This document shows positions 1 to 16,474 of a DNA stretch of 64,000 bases, one piece after another. The DNA is from the human T2T-CHM13v2.0 reference genome, Homo sapiens. The position numbers and the translations under genes are program-made. Below the pieces are notes generated by a model. The model had not been told where the DNA came from. It was given only the letters and a program-made list of their open reading frames with translations, and made no database searches. The stretch lies in assembly GCF_009914755.1 (NCBI RefSeq), contig NC_060926.1; one strand, written 5' to 3'. Position 1 is the stretch's first letter. Every line of letters starts with the position of its first letter.

Positions 1-350
1 GCATGTGTATTATATGTACATATTGTGTATGTGTGTGTATATGTATGTGTGTATTGTGTTTATATGTATGTGTGTATATGTATGTATGTGTATATGTGTG
101 CGTATATGTGTGTATGTATGTATATGTGTATATGTGTGTGTATTGTGTGTGTACATATTGTTTGTGTGTACATATTGTGTATGCGTATGTGTGTGTATGC
201 ACGTATTGTGTATGTGTGTGTATATGTGTATGTACGTATTGTGTATGCATGTGTGTATGTGTGTATATGTATGTGTGTGTGTATTGTGTATGTGTAGTGT
301 GTATTATTTGTGTGTGTGTGTATTGTGTGTGTATGTTTGTGTGTGTGTTT
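1..350. repeat. (TG/TA)n degenerate microsatellite
   Basis: Continuous gtgtgtatatgt-type dinucleotide low-complexity sequence. Confidence 0.95.
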
Positions 351-465
351 AATCCTGGAGTGTAAAAAACCATCGCCATAAGAATTTGCATGAGTCTTCC
401 TCATAGTCAACAAGGTTTCTAAAACCAGAAGTTCCCTGAGCTGGAGATGGGATGTCTTAAGTCGG

Positions 466-776
466 TTTTGTTGTTGTTGTTTGTTTATTTTTTGAGACAG
501 AGACTGGCTCTGTGACCCGGGCTAGAGTGTGGTGGTGAGATCAAGGCTCACTGCAGCCTCGACCTCCCTGGCTCAGGTGATCCTCCTGCATCAGCCTCTT
601 AAGTAGCTGGGACCACAGTCCGGAGCCATCACACCTGGCTAATTTTTGTATTTTTCGTAGAGATGGGGGTCTCACTATACCACCTAGGCTGGTCTTGAAC
701 TCCTTGACTCAATTGATCTTCTCACCTCAGCCTCCCGAAGTGCTGGGATCACAGGTGTGAGCCACCACACCTGGCC
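466..776 (-). mobile_element. Alu SINE (old, AluJ-like)
   Basis: T-rich tail, then gagacag...ctcactgcagcctcgacctcc...gtgctgggatcacaggtgtgagccacc. Confidence 0.9.
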
Positions 777-3569
777 AAGACTTTTATTACCCCTCATTTT
801 AGATATTTTGTGGGTTCTTACTGAGAAGTTGCAGAATTCTCCCCGAATGCCCTGGGAACTGCTGTCCTGCAGGCGCTCACAGCTCACCGGGTTGTGCTCG
901 CAGGGCCGAGGCCTGGTGCCTCAAGCTGTCCCCTCTGTCCCCACTGGAACTGGGCCAGTGCCTCCCAGGCCTCTCTTCTCTTTCTTTTGGGGAGCCTCAG
1001 CGACTTGCTGGGGCCATTTGTCTGGGGCTGGTGCACTGTGGCCCCTGATGGCCCTGCCTGATCAGGAACCATCAGCCCCACCAACCTGCCCAGAGCTGGA
1101 AAGCCAGACCTTCTGGGCGCTCCCAGTGAGGCAGCAGGTCAGTGGCCTCCAAGCCCCGAGGCTCCAACAGCAGGAAGTTTGAGGCTCTTTGGGAACGACT
1201 GAGCTACTCTGGCAACCCCCAGAGCAAAGGCAGCAGGGCCTGGCCGCAGTCCCCACGGTTGTGAGTCCCATAAGGCAGCTTTAGCTTGAGGGGAGGGTCT
1301 TTGGGGACTTCAGGGAGCTCCTAAAAGCTAAGGGCACTTGAAAGCAATGTCAAATGGTTTATAATTTTTGGCAATATTTCATTTTCCCTCCACAATCGTC
1401 AGCTTTCAAGGTTTTTAGCAGCTGAACTCTTGAACATTTTTAATTGATTTTTTATTTTTTTAACAGCCTTATTGAGATGCAATTCACACACTAAAGAATT
1501 TACCCAATTAGAGTGCACAATTCGCTGGTTTCTAGTAAATTCCCAGTAGTGCAGCCACAGGCTCTCCTTAAAGAATGTGTAACAATGTGTAACTCCTGCG
1601 TGTAAGGACAGAAACACCATCTCTCTGCTTGGTGGAACACATCACCCATTTACTGCCCCACGGTGCTCTGGGTCGGTCACGGGCACCTGTGGCTGGGCTC
1701 ACCTCCTGGGTCCCCAGGTCACCCCCTTCCCGGTTGCTCCAACACTGACCACCCTACCTGACCCCTGCAGGTGTGGGACCAGCAGGTCTTTTGGCAAAAG
1801 GGAAGAGCCCGCCTTGAGAAGGCTGTAGCATTTCTCTGGAAACGTCATTGTTTTAATTGGGCAGTTGCAAAGAACAGAGACAGATTCATGCTGCCGCAAG
1901 GCCAAGGGGGGTATTGTAAGTGTGAAAGCAGCATCTCAAACAGATGGCCAGTGCGTCCCATAAAAGTGCAGAGGGGCTATAAAAGTGCAGAGTGAGGGGC
2001 CATAAAGGTGCAGGGTGTTTGAGGAAGGAGTTGACTATGGCGGAACGAAGTGATGGCCAAGGGTGGTGGCTGAGAAACCCTGCTGGTGAAGTCCTGCGTG
2101 GGCCTTATCAGTGAGTTAATCTCTAACTGTGCGGAGCCGTAAAACTGCCCTTCCCACCTCGTGCAGCCACTCTCCCGGGGAGGGTCTTGGGAAGTCCGCA
2201 GAAGTGGCCCAATGGCAGAGCAGGAGCTCCGCTCTCAGTGTGGGGCCTCGTTTGGGTTTGGGAAAACATGTCCTCTCTCACGAAGACGTGGGTGTCTCCA
2301 GCGGGACCCTGATCCCGCGTGGGGCGCATGGCCCTCTCTGCTCTGCGGCCCCTCTCGCTCTCCTCTCTGTGCCTGGGAATTCTAGTGTTTACTGGGCCTT
2401 GGCCGCTGGGAGCCTCTTCAAGGTGGTTCCATTTTGACGTAAGGACTGGAGGGGTGCATTGAAGAATTGTAGAGTGCAGGTGAAGGGAGGGCCTGGAAGC
2501 TCCTGTCCCGTCTCCTAGAAGCGTGGCTGTGGTGGCACTGGCATTGGAGTCTGAGGTGCCGCGTGTGCCGTGAGGATGAAGTGTGAGAAATTTTGGGAGG
2601 TCCTAGTTCTACCATCCCCAGTGTCTTCGAGACCCACACCCTTGGTGTGGAAGAAAGGAGACAAGATGTCATACGAAGAGGTTCTGTTGAAAGACGCAGT
2701 CTTGGAGCTGGGGGTTCCGGTGTGGACTCATGAGGGGTTCCGTCTCTGTATGTGTAGCTCTGAGCTCTGACTACGGAGAAGGCCCAGACATATGACCTTC
2801 TCAGGGCAGTGAGCACCCCAGCACCCCGAGTGTGGTCCCTAAAGACCACTTCCTACCAGCGGGACCCAGAGCTCCTTGGAGACATGGTTGACTCCAGACC
2901 TGGGCCAGGAGACGTACAAAGCAGGCTCGGAGCACCCTGGTCAGCAGGGAAGCCATCGAGGACCAGGGCAGGAGCCCTCCCTGGGCCGGCCACGGAGCTG
3001 ATGGTCGTCACGTATCAGGGCTCTGCTCAGTCATGGGAACTGAGTCGTCACCCCATTTCTGTGGTGAGCGGCTTCTGCAGAAGACAGATTTGTTTCATCT
3101 AAAGTTATTTATTCTGCTGTCATAGGTGAAGCCTGCTACACCCATGTCCCCACATCCCGCTGTTCTCTCCCTGATGGCCGGGGGGAGCAGGGCCGGCTCT
3201 GGTCTTGTCTGAAAGGGAGGCACAGAGCAGGGCCATCGGCTGGGGTCGGGGGAGACAGAGTGGTCCTGACCAGTAGCTGAGCGCCCGGGGTAGATGGTTA
3301 CTGGGTGGTTCCCGTGGGGGGCTGGGCTGTTGGCAGCCCTGAGCTGGCCCCACGTGGGGTCAGCTAGTGGCTGGGTGGGGCAGGCACTTTGACCAGAGCC
3401 AGCTCACTGCTGTGGCCACAGCCCCAGGGGTGCCTTGAGGTCCCATGCAGGGTGAGGGGACTGCGGGGGGCTTGAGGCCCTGAGGGCTGCCCCGTTTGCT
3501 GTTAGCATGCACCTGGCCGCCCTGGCGCAGCCATCCTTGAAACACTCTGACAGCAATGTTTTAAGAATG

Positions 3570-3687
3570 TAGAGATGGGGTCTCACTGTATTGCCCAGGC
3601 TGGCCTCAAACTCCTAGGCTCAAGCAATTCTCCCACTTCCGCCTCCCAAAATGTTAGGGTCACAGGCGTGAGCTGCCGCGCCTGGCC
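3570..3687 (-). mobile_element. Alu monomer/fragment
   Basis: agagatggggtctcactgtattgcccaggctgg...ggcgtgagctgccgcgcctggcc. Confidence 0.85.
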
Positions 3688-4804
3688 TGAAACATTACGT
3701 GTTTGCCAGATTTGTCTTTCTTTTCTTCATACCCTCTTGGTTTTGTGTCTTGCTTAGACGGCAGCCTCATTCTCCTTTATCCTCTGACTTCAGTGGTTTT
3801 ATTTTTTTACATTAAATCTTTGACCCCATGTGGAACTGATTCTGATCCATGGAGCAGATCTGGGAGAGCCGATGTTCGTTATCGTGACTGTTTAGAATTT
3901 TTCCGGCCATCACTATATGTTTTTTGTCCATTTGAACTTTAGAAGTGACTTCTTAGTTAAAAATTCTCTTCTTCGGGATTATGCTAAAATTCAAGATTGT
4001 TTTATGCAAAAATCATCTCCTTTCTCCAAAAGGAGAGGAGTGCCGGGCCAGCGTGTGGGAGTGAGGACCTGCTGCTCAGGAACTCTTCCTGGGCAGGGGC
4101 CAGTGGGGCCGGGCAGAGCCAGCCCAGCCCTCCCCGCTGCTCCCATGGCAGAGCCAGCCCAGCCCTCCCCGCTGCTCCCATGGCAGCGCAGGAATGGTCG
4201 TGTGACCACTGAGCAGCGGGGCTGATCCTAACCCAGTTCCACGTCCCGGGAGGGTGAAGAGTGACGTTGCACTGGGCCTGGGTCCTGCCTCCCTGCTGTT
4301 CTAGCACCCCCAGCCCCCTGGCCCGCTTTGCCTTGGTTACAATTCCTCCTTCCCCACTGGCTTGTTGTGCTCCTATGTACCCTGTAAAGCCCCATGCAAA
4401 GGCCCCAGTCCAAGCAGGAAGCTCACCCCTTGTGTCCTCTCCAGATGCTGAGCTCGCCGAGTGCAGGTGTGGTGTCTGGTTCCCTCGTAGCCTGTGCCTG
4501 ACCTGCACTGAGACGCTACGGCCCACGTGGCAACCCCCCATCACTGAGGGGACACAGCCCACGTGGTAGCCCCACCCCATCACTGAGGGGCCCCTTGGCT
4601 GCTCTGTACTGATGGGGGGCTTTGCCCAGAGGATGGGGGACCCTGGCTCCCCGCCCGACTCCACGGTCAGGCCTTACCCAGATCTGCTCTTCCCTGATCT
4701 GGCTGCACCTGCTATGCTAGGCTCCTGGGACCCAGGCCAGGCCTCCTCAGGCCTCCTCATGTGGGCCCCGCCTCTCTGTTTGGAGACATCATGCTTCCTC
4801 CAGG

Positions 4805-5185
4805 CTCAGTCACCCCGGGCTGTCACAACAGACACCACAGACAGGCTGGCCCCAGCAGCAGACATGTGCTTCTCACCGTTCTGGAGGCCGGAAGGCATGC
4901 GATCTCGAGCCAGCATGGCGGGTTCCTGGGGAGGGCCCTCCTCCTGGCCTGCAGATGCCACTTTCTCTCTGTGCCCCTATATGGGGAGCGAGGGTGGGGA
5001 GTGGAAGCTGCACTCTGGTCTCTTCCTTGTCTTAGAAGGACACGAATCCCATTACAGGGACTCCACCCGCCCTCAAACCTCATCCAACCCTAACACCTCC
5101 CAGAGGCCCCACCTCCAGGCACCATCACGCTGTGTGTTAGGGGTTTGGCCTGTGGATTTTGGGGGCGCACAGTCCATTGCACCAA
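4805..5185. mobile_element. MaLR (MLT1-like) LTR remnant
   Basis: ctcaccgttctggaggccggaagg...cccattacaggg...acctcatccaaccctaa resemble MLT1 motifs. Confidence 0.55.
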
Positions 5186-5593
5186 ACTCTCAGCCTCTCC
5201 AGATCCCCTGGGGGCCTGGGGGTCTCCGTCCCATACAGTCTCCCAGGGGGCCCTGCGTGGGTAGAGGTCCCCTGACCTGTTCCCACCTCTGGTCCCAGGA
5301 GCGCGGCCCTGTCAGCTCCCGAACCCCAGGGAAAGGGATGGCTCATCCACTAGGCTCTTTCCGGCCCTAAGCCATTCAGGGGTGGTCGGGATGGGGTCAG
5401 ATTCAGGCCTGTCCTGGGTTGAGACTCCCTAGCCCATGGGCCGGCACCCAGTGGGTTTGAGGACAAGACGTTACAGAGGTGAGGGGAGGCCCAGACCTGT
5501 GTGGCCCAAGGCCTGGACTTGGCTGCAGGATGGGAGGTGGGGGTGGGGCTGGCACGACCCGGACTGGGCACTCATGGCCTGCCCTTTCCACAG

Positions 5594-5683
5594 ATACTTC
5601 CGGGTCATCCTCCTCCTCCTCCTGGCCCTGACTCTGCTCCTGCTGGCCGGATTCCTGCACTCGGACTTAGAGCTGGACACACC
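5594..5683 (+). CDS. GAL3ST2: Galactose-3-O-sulfotransferase 2, exon 2 (type II transmembrane anchor)
   Basis: ttccacAG acceptor and GTAAGT donor; encodes (R)[29 protein letters not shown](P); the start-codon exon is upstream of the window. Confidence 0.96.
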
Positions 5684-6744
5684 GTAAGTCCTGCCCCCAC
5701 CATAAGTCCTGCCCCGGGTACCTCCTAACAGCCCCGAGGACAGAGCCTGGGACCCCAGCATGATCACGCCCCCCACTGGGCCTGTCTCCCTCTGGAAGAG
5801 GAGGGGTGGATGGGCCCTTCCTTGGGGGGACCCTGAGAGTCTCCTGTTAGCCACAAACCCACCTGGGCCTTTGGGGAGGGCTCTGGGGAGCAGGGGCCGG
5901 GTCTGGGTTTGGGGACAGACCCAGTGTGTGCAGAGGGTCCCTGTGTGTGGGAGGCAGGGCTGGAGGCCTCCTTCTTGCTCCCCACAACAGAGGTGGCCTG
6001 TGGGCCTGGGCTGGATCTGGGAAGGAAAAGGTCAGAACCGTGCTCAGGACAGACCTTGCAGCCATGGGCCCACCTGGGACCCTCTCCCCTGCCTGCCTGT
6101 GGCACATCCTCTGTGGAGCCCCTGCTGCATGGAGGTGCCCACCTGTGCTCACCTCGCAGCCCAGCTGTGCCTCCAGACAGGGCTTTAGCCAGGCTGCTGG
6201 AAGGGTCTTCCAGGCCCCGCCACTCCCCAGCCCCTCTGGTTGGAGGAGACAGAGGAAGCACCAATCCCTCTGGGCCGAGCTGCCAGAGACAGGTGCCAAG
6301 GACCCTGTCTTTGCTCACCCCCATCACCCAGGCTGGCCAGGCCTGGGTACCCTGACCCCACCATCCTGGTCACTTCTGCTGGCCCTGTTCTGGGGCAGGG
6401 AGGGCGCCTGCTACTCCAGCCCCACTGGGTGGGTGTCATGATGGGATTCTAGGAGTGGGCCCAGCCCTACGTCTGGCCGCTGGTCTCGGCTTTGGGGTCC
6501 TTCCTTTTCCTGGTGTGAAGGGACAAGAAGCACTGCACGTGTGGCTGAGGTCACAAAGCCAGCTGCATGTGCGTGCCTGGGCACCAGGGAGAAGGCTGGG
6601 GTGATGTGTGGGCCAGAGTGTGTAGCCCCCGAGGGAAACAGGGATGGGTCTGAGGACACTGTCTCCGTGGGGCCCTGAGGCTGGGGCTGAGGGTCTCTAG
6701 GTTGGGGTGCAGTGATGGGTCTGGTGGGGGTTCCAGGGTTGGGG

Positions 6745-8841
<2,097 letters not shown>

Positions 8842-9621
8842 TAGTTGTGCACAGGCCCGGCTCTCCCCACCCTGTGACCTTCGCTTCTGTGGCTGCAGGC
8901 CCTTCTTTGGGTCCCTTGGGTCTCAGCATAGAGCCGGCTTCCCCCCAGGGCTTCCCTGACCTTCCTTACAAAGGAAGCAGGGCAGGGAGTGTGGGTGGGA
9001 GGGCTGTGGGCAGGCACAGGTGTTTTAGGGTCACCCTGAGCGCTCTGTGGAGAATGGCCAGCAGAGGCTAGGTGACCAGGCGGGGCCAGAGGGAGGCCGG
9101 GTGGGGAGAGGTGATGGGCAGAGAGCGGGGCAGCGGGGGTGTGCTGTGGGGTGGGGGCTGCGGGGCAGAGGGAGGAGGAGGGGCCGGGAGGAGGGGAAAG
9201 GAAGAGGGTGGGGGCAGGGAGGAGGCCTCCCACTGTTCTCTCCCTGGGTTTCTGAGGATGGAGAAGCAGGCGGTGTAGTTGGGCGTGACTTTCTGCAAGA
9301 CTTTACTTTCTGTGGGTGGGGTATATCCTCCAGGACCTCTGAGGGGGCACAAGCGAGGGTGAGTCCAGACCCACCCTGTGGGGAACCTGGGTCACGGACC
9401 TTCTCTGGGCCTCAGTTTCTTTGTCTGTTAGGTGGGTGTCACCCTGGCCTGTGGGCAGCTGGTGGAGTGCTGAAGCCCCCTGTGCCAGGGGCCCGTGGAG
9501 GGCCCTTCGTGCTGTCTGTGCGCCACAGCATCCCACTCCTAGAGGCCTCTGGGTCTCCTCGAGATGCCAGTGGGAGCTCCTCCTCCCTCCTCCTGCTCTG
9601 CCCACGGACTCCTCCTCCTGA

Positions 9622-10900
<1,279 letters not shown>

Positions 10901-11867
10901 CCAGGCGGCAGCCACCCGCCCCCCTTCCGAGGCTGTGTCTCTGTTTAGAACTGAACACGAGGGTGGGGAGTGGGGGATGCTGGACCACAGGGCAGCACCT
11001 GCCCGGCAGGATGCGCGTGCCTGTGAGCCCCGGGACTCCCCAGGGTCCTGGGCACTGGGGCTGTGGATCCTCGGAGGAACTCAGAGTGGTTCCCCTGAAT
11101 TTCCCGGCCCTGGCGACGAGGTGCTGGTCCCAGAGACAGGTGCAGGCACAGGCAGTGCCACAAAGACCGGCCCGGGAGCGGGGCAGGGGCCAGGGCTCAG
11201 CCGCTCCCGAACAGCTCCACAGCTTTCGCTGCAGGAGGTTTGGTTCTGATGGAAGGATGTTTTCTACAGAGAGATGGCACAACTGCTCACAAGACCAGGG
11301 TTCTAGCCGGAGCCCAGGTCGAGCTCAGCTCCACGACCCCTGCTGGTCAGCCCCTGATGCCTCGTGAAGGAGAGGAGTCTCACTTGCCAAAGGAGGCTGG
11401 AGTGGTTGGGGGTACACACACCCTTGGTTGCCTTGGAGACCGTGTTGGGTGTGGTGCCAGAGGGCAGCTGTGGGTACCCCTCTTTGTCATTCACAGGGAG
11501 GGACAGAGCCTCCCTGCCTGGCAGGACGTGATCCCTGGCTGCCAGGGGCTCAGCGGGTAAAGGGGGTGCACTCGCCGGGACCAGCCGATGCCTGGGGCAC
11601 CCAGGAAACGCAGCTACTCTGCAGCATGCTCAGCCTGGAGGCTGAGACCCCAGCAGTGGATCTAGGCCTGCAGGTCTAGGTGTGTCCACGCTTTTTTGGG
11701 GACGGGAAACCAGCATTTCAAAGAAGGGAGAGAACCGGAAACCGCAGCGTAGGCAGCTCCCTCGGACCCCAGTGTAATGGGGGAGTTGCAGGAAGAGTGA
11801 ATTTTCAGTGAGAGTCGGCCGTGAAGAATGGCAGGAGCTCTGCTGAGTCAGAGTCAGCCGGGGACGT

Positions 11868-13912
11868 CTGCAGGCCACCCTCCCTCCCCCCTCAGCCCAG
11901 AGACCTCCGCAGGCCACCCTCCCTCCCTCCCCCCTCAGCCCAGGGACCTCTGCAGGCCACCTTCCCTCCCCCTCAACCCAGGGACCTCTGCAGGCCACCC
12001 TCCCTCCCCCCTCAGCCCAGGGACCTCTGCAGGCCACCCTCCCTCCCCCCTCAGCCCAGGGACCTCTGCAGGCCACCCTCCCTCCCCCCTCAGCCCAGAG
12101 ACCTCCGCAGGCCACCCTCCCTCCCTCCTCAACCCAGGGACCTCCGCAGGCCACCTTCCCTCCCCCCTCAGCCCAGGGACCTCCGCAGGCCACCCTCCCT
12201 CCCCCCTCAGCCCAGGGACCTCCGCAGGCCACCCTCCCACCCCCCTCAACCCAGGGACCTCCGCAGGCCACCCTCCCACCCCCCTCAGCCCAGGGACCTC
12301 CGCAGGCCACCTTCCCTCCCCCTCAACCCAGGGACCTCTGCAGGCCACCTTCCCTCCCTCCCCCCTCAGCCCAGGGACCTCCGCAGGCCACCCTCCCACC
12401 CCCCTCAACCCAGGGACCTCCGCAGGCCACCCTCCCTCCCCCCTCAGCCCAGGGACCTCCGCAGGCCACCCTCCCACCCCCCTCAACCCAGGGACCTCCG
12501 CAGGCCACCCTCCCACCCCCCTCAGCCCAGGGACCTCCGCAGGCCACCCTCCCTCCCCCCTCAGCCCAGGAACCTCCGCAGGCCACCTTCCCTCCCCCCT
12601 CAGCCCAGGGACCTCCGCAGGCCACCCTCCCTCCCCCCTCAGCCCAGGGACCTCCGCAGGCCACCCTCCCTCCCCCTCAGCCCAGGGACCTCCGCAGGCC
12701 ACCCTCCCTCCCCCTCAGCCCAGGGACCTCCGCAGGCCACCTTCCCTCCCCCTCAGCCCAGGGACCTCCGCAGGCCACCTTCCCTCCCCCCTCAGCCCAG
12801 GGACCTCTGCAGGCCACCTTCCCTCCCCCTCAACCCAGGGACCTCTGCAGGCCACCCTCCCACCCTCCCCCCTCAGCCCAGGGACCTCCGCAGGCCACCC
12901 TCCCTCCCCCCTCAGCCCAGGGACCTCCGCAGGCCACCCTCCCTCCCCCTCAGCCCAGGGACCTCCGCAGGCCACCTTCCCTCCCCCTCAGCCCAGGGAC
13001 CTCCGCAGGCCACCTTCCCTCCCCCCTCAGCCCAGGGACCTCCGCAGGCCACCCTCCCTCCCCCTCAGCCCAGGGACCTCCGCAGGCCACCTTCCCTCCC
13101 CCCTCAGCCCAGGGACCTCTGCAGGCCACCTTCCCTCCCCCTCAGCCCAGGGACCTCCGCAGGCCACCCTCCCTCCCCCCTCAGCCCAGGGACCTCCGCA
13201 GGCCACCTTCCCTCCCCCCTCAGCCCAGGGACCTCTGCAGGCCACCTTCCCTCCCCCTCAGCCCAGGGACCTCCGCAGGCCACCCTCCCTCCCCCCTCAG
13301 CCCAGGGACCTCCGCAGGCCACCCTCCCTCCCCCTCAGCCCAGGGACCTCCGCAGGCCACCTTCCCTCCCCCCTCAGCCCAGGGACCTCTGCAGGCCACC
13401 TTCCCTCCCCCTCAACCCAGGGACCTCTGCAGGCCACCCTCCCACCCTCCCCCCTCAGCCCAGGGACCTCTGCAGGCCACCTTCCCTCCCCCCTCAGCCC
13501 AGGGACCTCTGCAGGCCACCCTCCCTCCCCCCTCAGCCCAGGGACCTCCGCAGGCCACCCTCCCTCCCCCCTCAACCCAGGGACCTCCGCAGGCCACCTT
13601 CCCTCCCCCTCAACCCAGGGACCTCCGCAGGCCACCCTCCCTCCCCCCTCAGCCCAGGGACCTCCGCAGGCCACCCTCCCTCCCTCCCCCCTCAGCCCAG
13701 GGACCTCTGCAGGCCACCCTCCCTCCCTCCCCCCTCAGCCCAGGGACCTCTGCAGGCCACCCTCCCTCCCTCCCTCCTCAACCCAGGGACCTCTGCAGGC
13801 CACCTTCCCTCCCCCCTCAGCCCAGGGACCTCTGCAGGCCACTCTCCCCTCTTAGCCCAGGGACCTCGGCAGGCCACCCTCCCTCCCTCCCTCCCTCCCC
13901 CCTCAGCCCAGG
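11868..13912. repeat. VNTR, ~38-39-bp C-rich unit (cccctcagcccagggacctccgcaggccaccctccctcc), about 50 copies
   Basis: Direct tandem repetition with variable C-run lengths. Confidence 0.97.
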
Positions 13913-14049
13913 AAAGGCACAGGAGAGGATCCTGCCAGGTAAAGGGAAAGTGGCCCGGGAGGAGCCCACGTGCCAACAACAGGAGTCCCAGAAGACAGAA
14001 AAGACCACAGATGAGAAAGCAGTTCACGCAGAGAACAAAACGTTCCCGG

Positions 14050-14660
14050 ACCAAACCCAGGGTCGGGTTGCTCATTCCCGAGGCCCGATAGCGAGATGCA
14101 GATGAACTGGGGAAGAAGAGGGATTTTATTTCTGTAACTGGTTACAGGGAGAAGGCCTGGAAATGATCGCCAGACCAACTCCAGATTACAGTTTTTCCAG
14201 AGCTTACACACCTTCTAAGCTCTGTGTCTCCGTGTCAGTGTGCATTCGTCTAAAGACGTACGTGATTCAATTCTTCTCATCTCTAACTGAGGTCTGGTCC
14301 TGAAGATCTTCCTCTGAAGACTCAGTAAATTTACTTGATCTAAATGGGCCCAGGTGTTTACCCTTATCTTGTCTTCTGCTAAATCATGGAGGTTTGGGGA
14401 GTTCCTTCTCCACTTGTTTGTGGAGGCCTGGGGAGTTTTTTCAGACCCCCAGTAAAACTTGTTTAATCCTAAACGGGTCCTGGTCTCGTCATGCTTCAAG
14501 GCCCAAGAAAGCCCTGGGCAAAACTCTTGATGGGCTTTTGTTACGTCCCAGCCCTCGTGTGAGGGCGCTGGCTCTCAGCTTTCAGGATTTCACTTCACCC
14601 TCAGTCAGTGCTGAACAGTTGTCGCGGAGGCCTGCGTGAGTGAGGCCTGGCGTGCCCTGG
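14050..14660. mobile_element. ERV1-type LTR (subfamily uncertain)
   Basis: LTR-like composition and motifs (ttttatttctgtaactggttacagggagaaggcc...aaactcttgatgggcttttgttac) distinct from the GC-rich flanks. Confidence 0.55.
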
Positions 14661-15290
14661 AAACATTCCCCTGAGTTGAAGAAAGACTCACAGTTTTCAG
14701 CATCCAGTTACCCTCTGAGCATCAGGCAGAACCCGCCGGCCCCAAAACCAGGCCCCCTTGGCACATGTGGGCCCGAGTGAGTCCAGCATGAGGAGGTGCC
14801 GCTTCTGAGCAGAGCTCAGGTTGTCTCTGGGAGGAGGAGCGAGCGTTGGGTGCGGTGGCCGCTGCGTTGGCAGCCCTGTCCCTGAGCGGAACGCAGGTCG
14901 TCTCTGGGAGGAGGAGCGAGGGTTGGACGCAGTGGCCGCTGCGGTGGCAGCCCTGTCCCCAGGCGTGGACTCTGCCCTCAGCTTCACAGTCACCGAAGAA
15001 ATGAAGTTACAGGAGGGGCACACCGTCCTTTTGTCTCTGCCTTTGAGGTTGGCGGGAACTGAAACTGGTACGGTCTTTTTGAATAGAAATTTGGGGTCTT
15101 TCTGGCGACGTAAAACTGTGTGTAGTTTGCAGTAGAGAGTGTTGAGAACAGCCTGTCCGGGCTGTGCATTGAGAAGGGGCGGTTAAAATGCTGCCACGTC
15201 GTGCAGCCCATAAAAGGGGGACACAGAGTAGCCGAAACTGCTCTTGGGGGAGGGGGCACGTCCCAGCCTTCCGTGTGATGCTGGGGTCAG

Positions 15291-16104
15291 CGTGGCCCCT
15301 CGGCTGCCAGAGCTCACGAAGACGGTTAAGGAAAGCTTCCCCCGGGTGGCTTTCACCCCACGGGGACAGAGCCCCAGATGGGCCCAGGGACCTCTGAGCA
15401 GCCGTGGGCCATGGGGTGACAGTTGGGGGTTGGTGGGACCCGTGGCTGTCATATACCCTGGGTAGACGGTGGCTTGTCCAGGCAGAGATGCCCAGGGGAA
15501 GTGGGTGGCACCTGAGGGCAGATCTGACTTTTCAAGAGAAGCTGAAAACACGGGTTTTTCTGTGAAATCTCTAGATTGAAAACAGTGGGCTTGAAAAGCC
15601 TGGAGCAGAGGGAGTGAGGCCTGCCCCCCACCCCAGCTCTGCGGGCACACCCTGGCCAGACAGCCCTGCTCCAGACCCGGCCTGTGTCTCAGGGTGGCCC
15701 AGGAGGGGACTTTGCAAGGTGACGTGGGGCTTGGAGGTCCCGTTTCCCTGTAAGCCTGGGTACTTAGGGGATGGCCCTGGTCAGACTCCACCAGTCCCAG
15801 ACTTGGGGGACACGAGAAGGGAGATGGGCCACCCAGTTCTGGTTGGGCTGGGGTGGGGCTTCTGAGGGGTGGGGAGGTTGTCCCTTCCCACCCACCTGCC
15901 CCTGCCCCAGGATTCTCGGCTGTGAGCAGGAGGATGTGTACGATGGCCAAGTTGCCTGGACTGGGTCCGCCCCTCCTGGGGCTGTGAGTGCACAGGACAC
16001 TGGGCCCACAGGCACCTCTGGGGCTCTGTCCCCGTGGGGTGAAAGCCACTTGGGGGAAGCTTTCCTTAACCGTCTTCACGAGCTCTGGCGGCCGAGGGGC
16101 CACG
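15291..16104. repeat. Inverted repeat with 88-bp arms (15291-15378 and 16017-16104)
   Basis: Arms are reverse complements with 5 mismatches. Confidence 0.93.
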
Positions 16105-16474
16105 GGGGGCATTCAGATGAGTCAGAAGGAGCTGGGGCCCACCCCTCCTGCTTCCTCGCCGCCCCCCTCCCAGCTGCCCCCAGTAAATCCCCTCAGGCCC
16201 CTAGGACCTGGAGGGACGCGGCAGGTTTATCATCTCAGCCTGGAAACCACGTGACCTACCTGTTTCCCACCACAGCGCCCCAGGTTTCAGAAGCAGCTGA
16301 GGATGCCCTTCGCAGGGGAGGGAGGGACAGTGAGAAAGGAGGGTGTTCAGGGCCCAGGGATCCCCCACGGAGGCTGCCCCATCAGAACATACCGGGCACC
16401 TGTGGCCTCCTCTGAGATTCTGGCCTGGGCAGTGGTCATTTGAGCATTGGTTACCAAGGCTGCCTCTGAAATGG

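Noticed and set aside
3-413. C/V/Y- and H/T-rich ORFs
   Set aside because: Translation of a (TG/TA)n microsatellite
11821-14091. 756-aa and 675-aa proline-rich ORFs
   Set aside because: Stop-free VNTR frames that shift register between units; no real ATG or splice context
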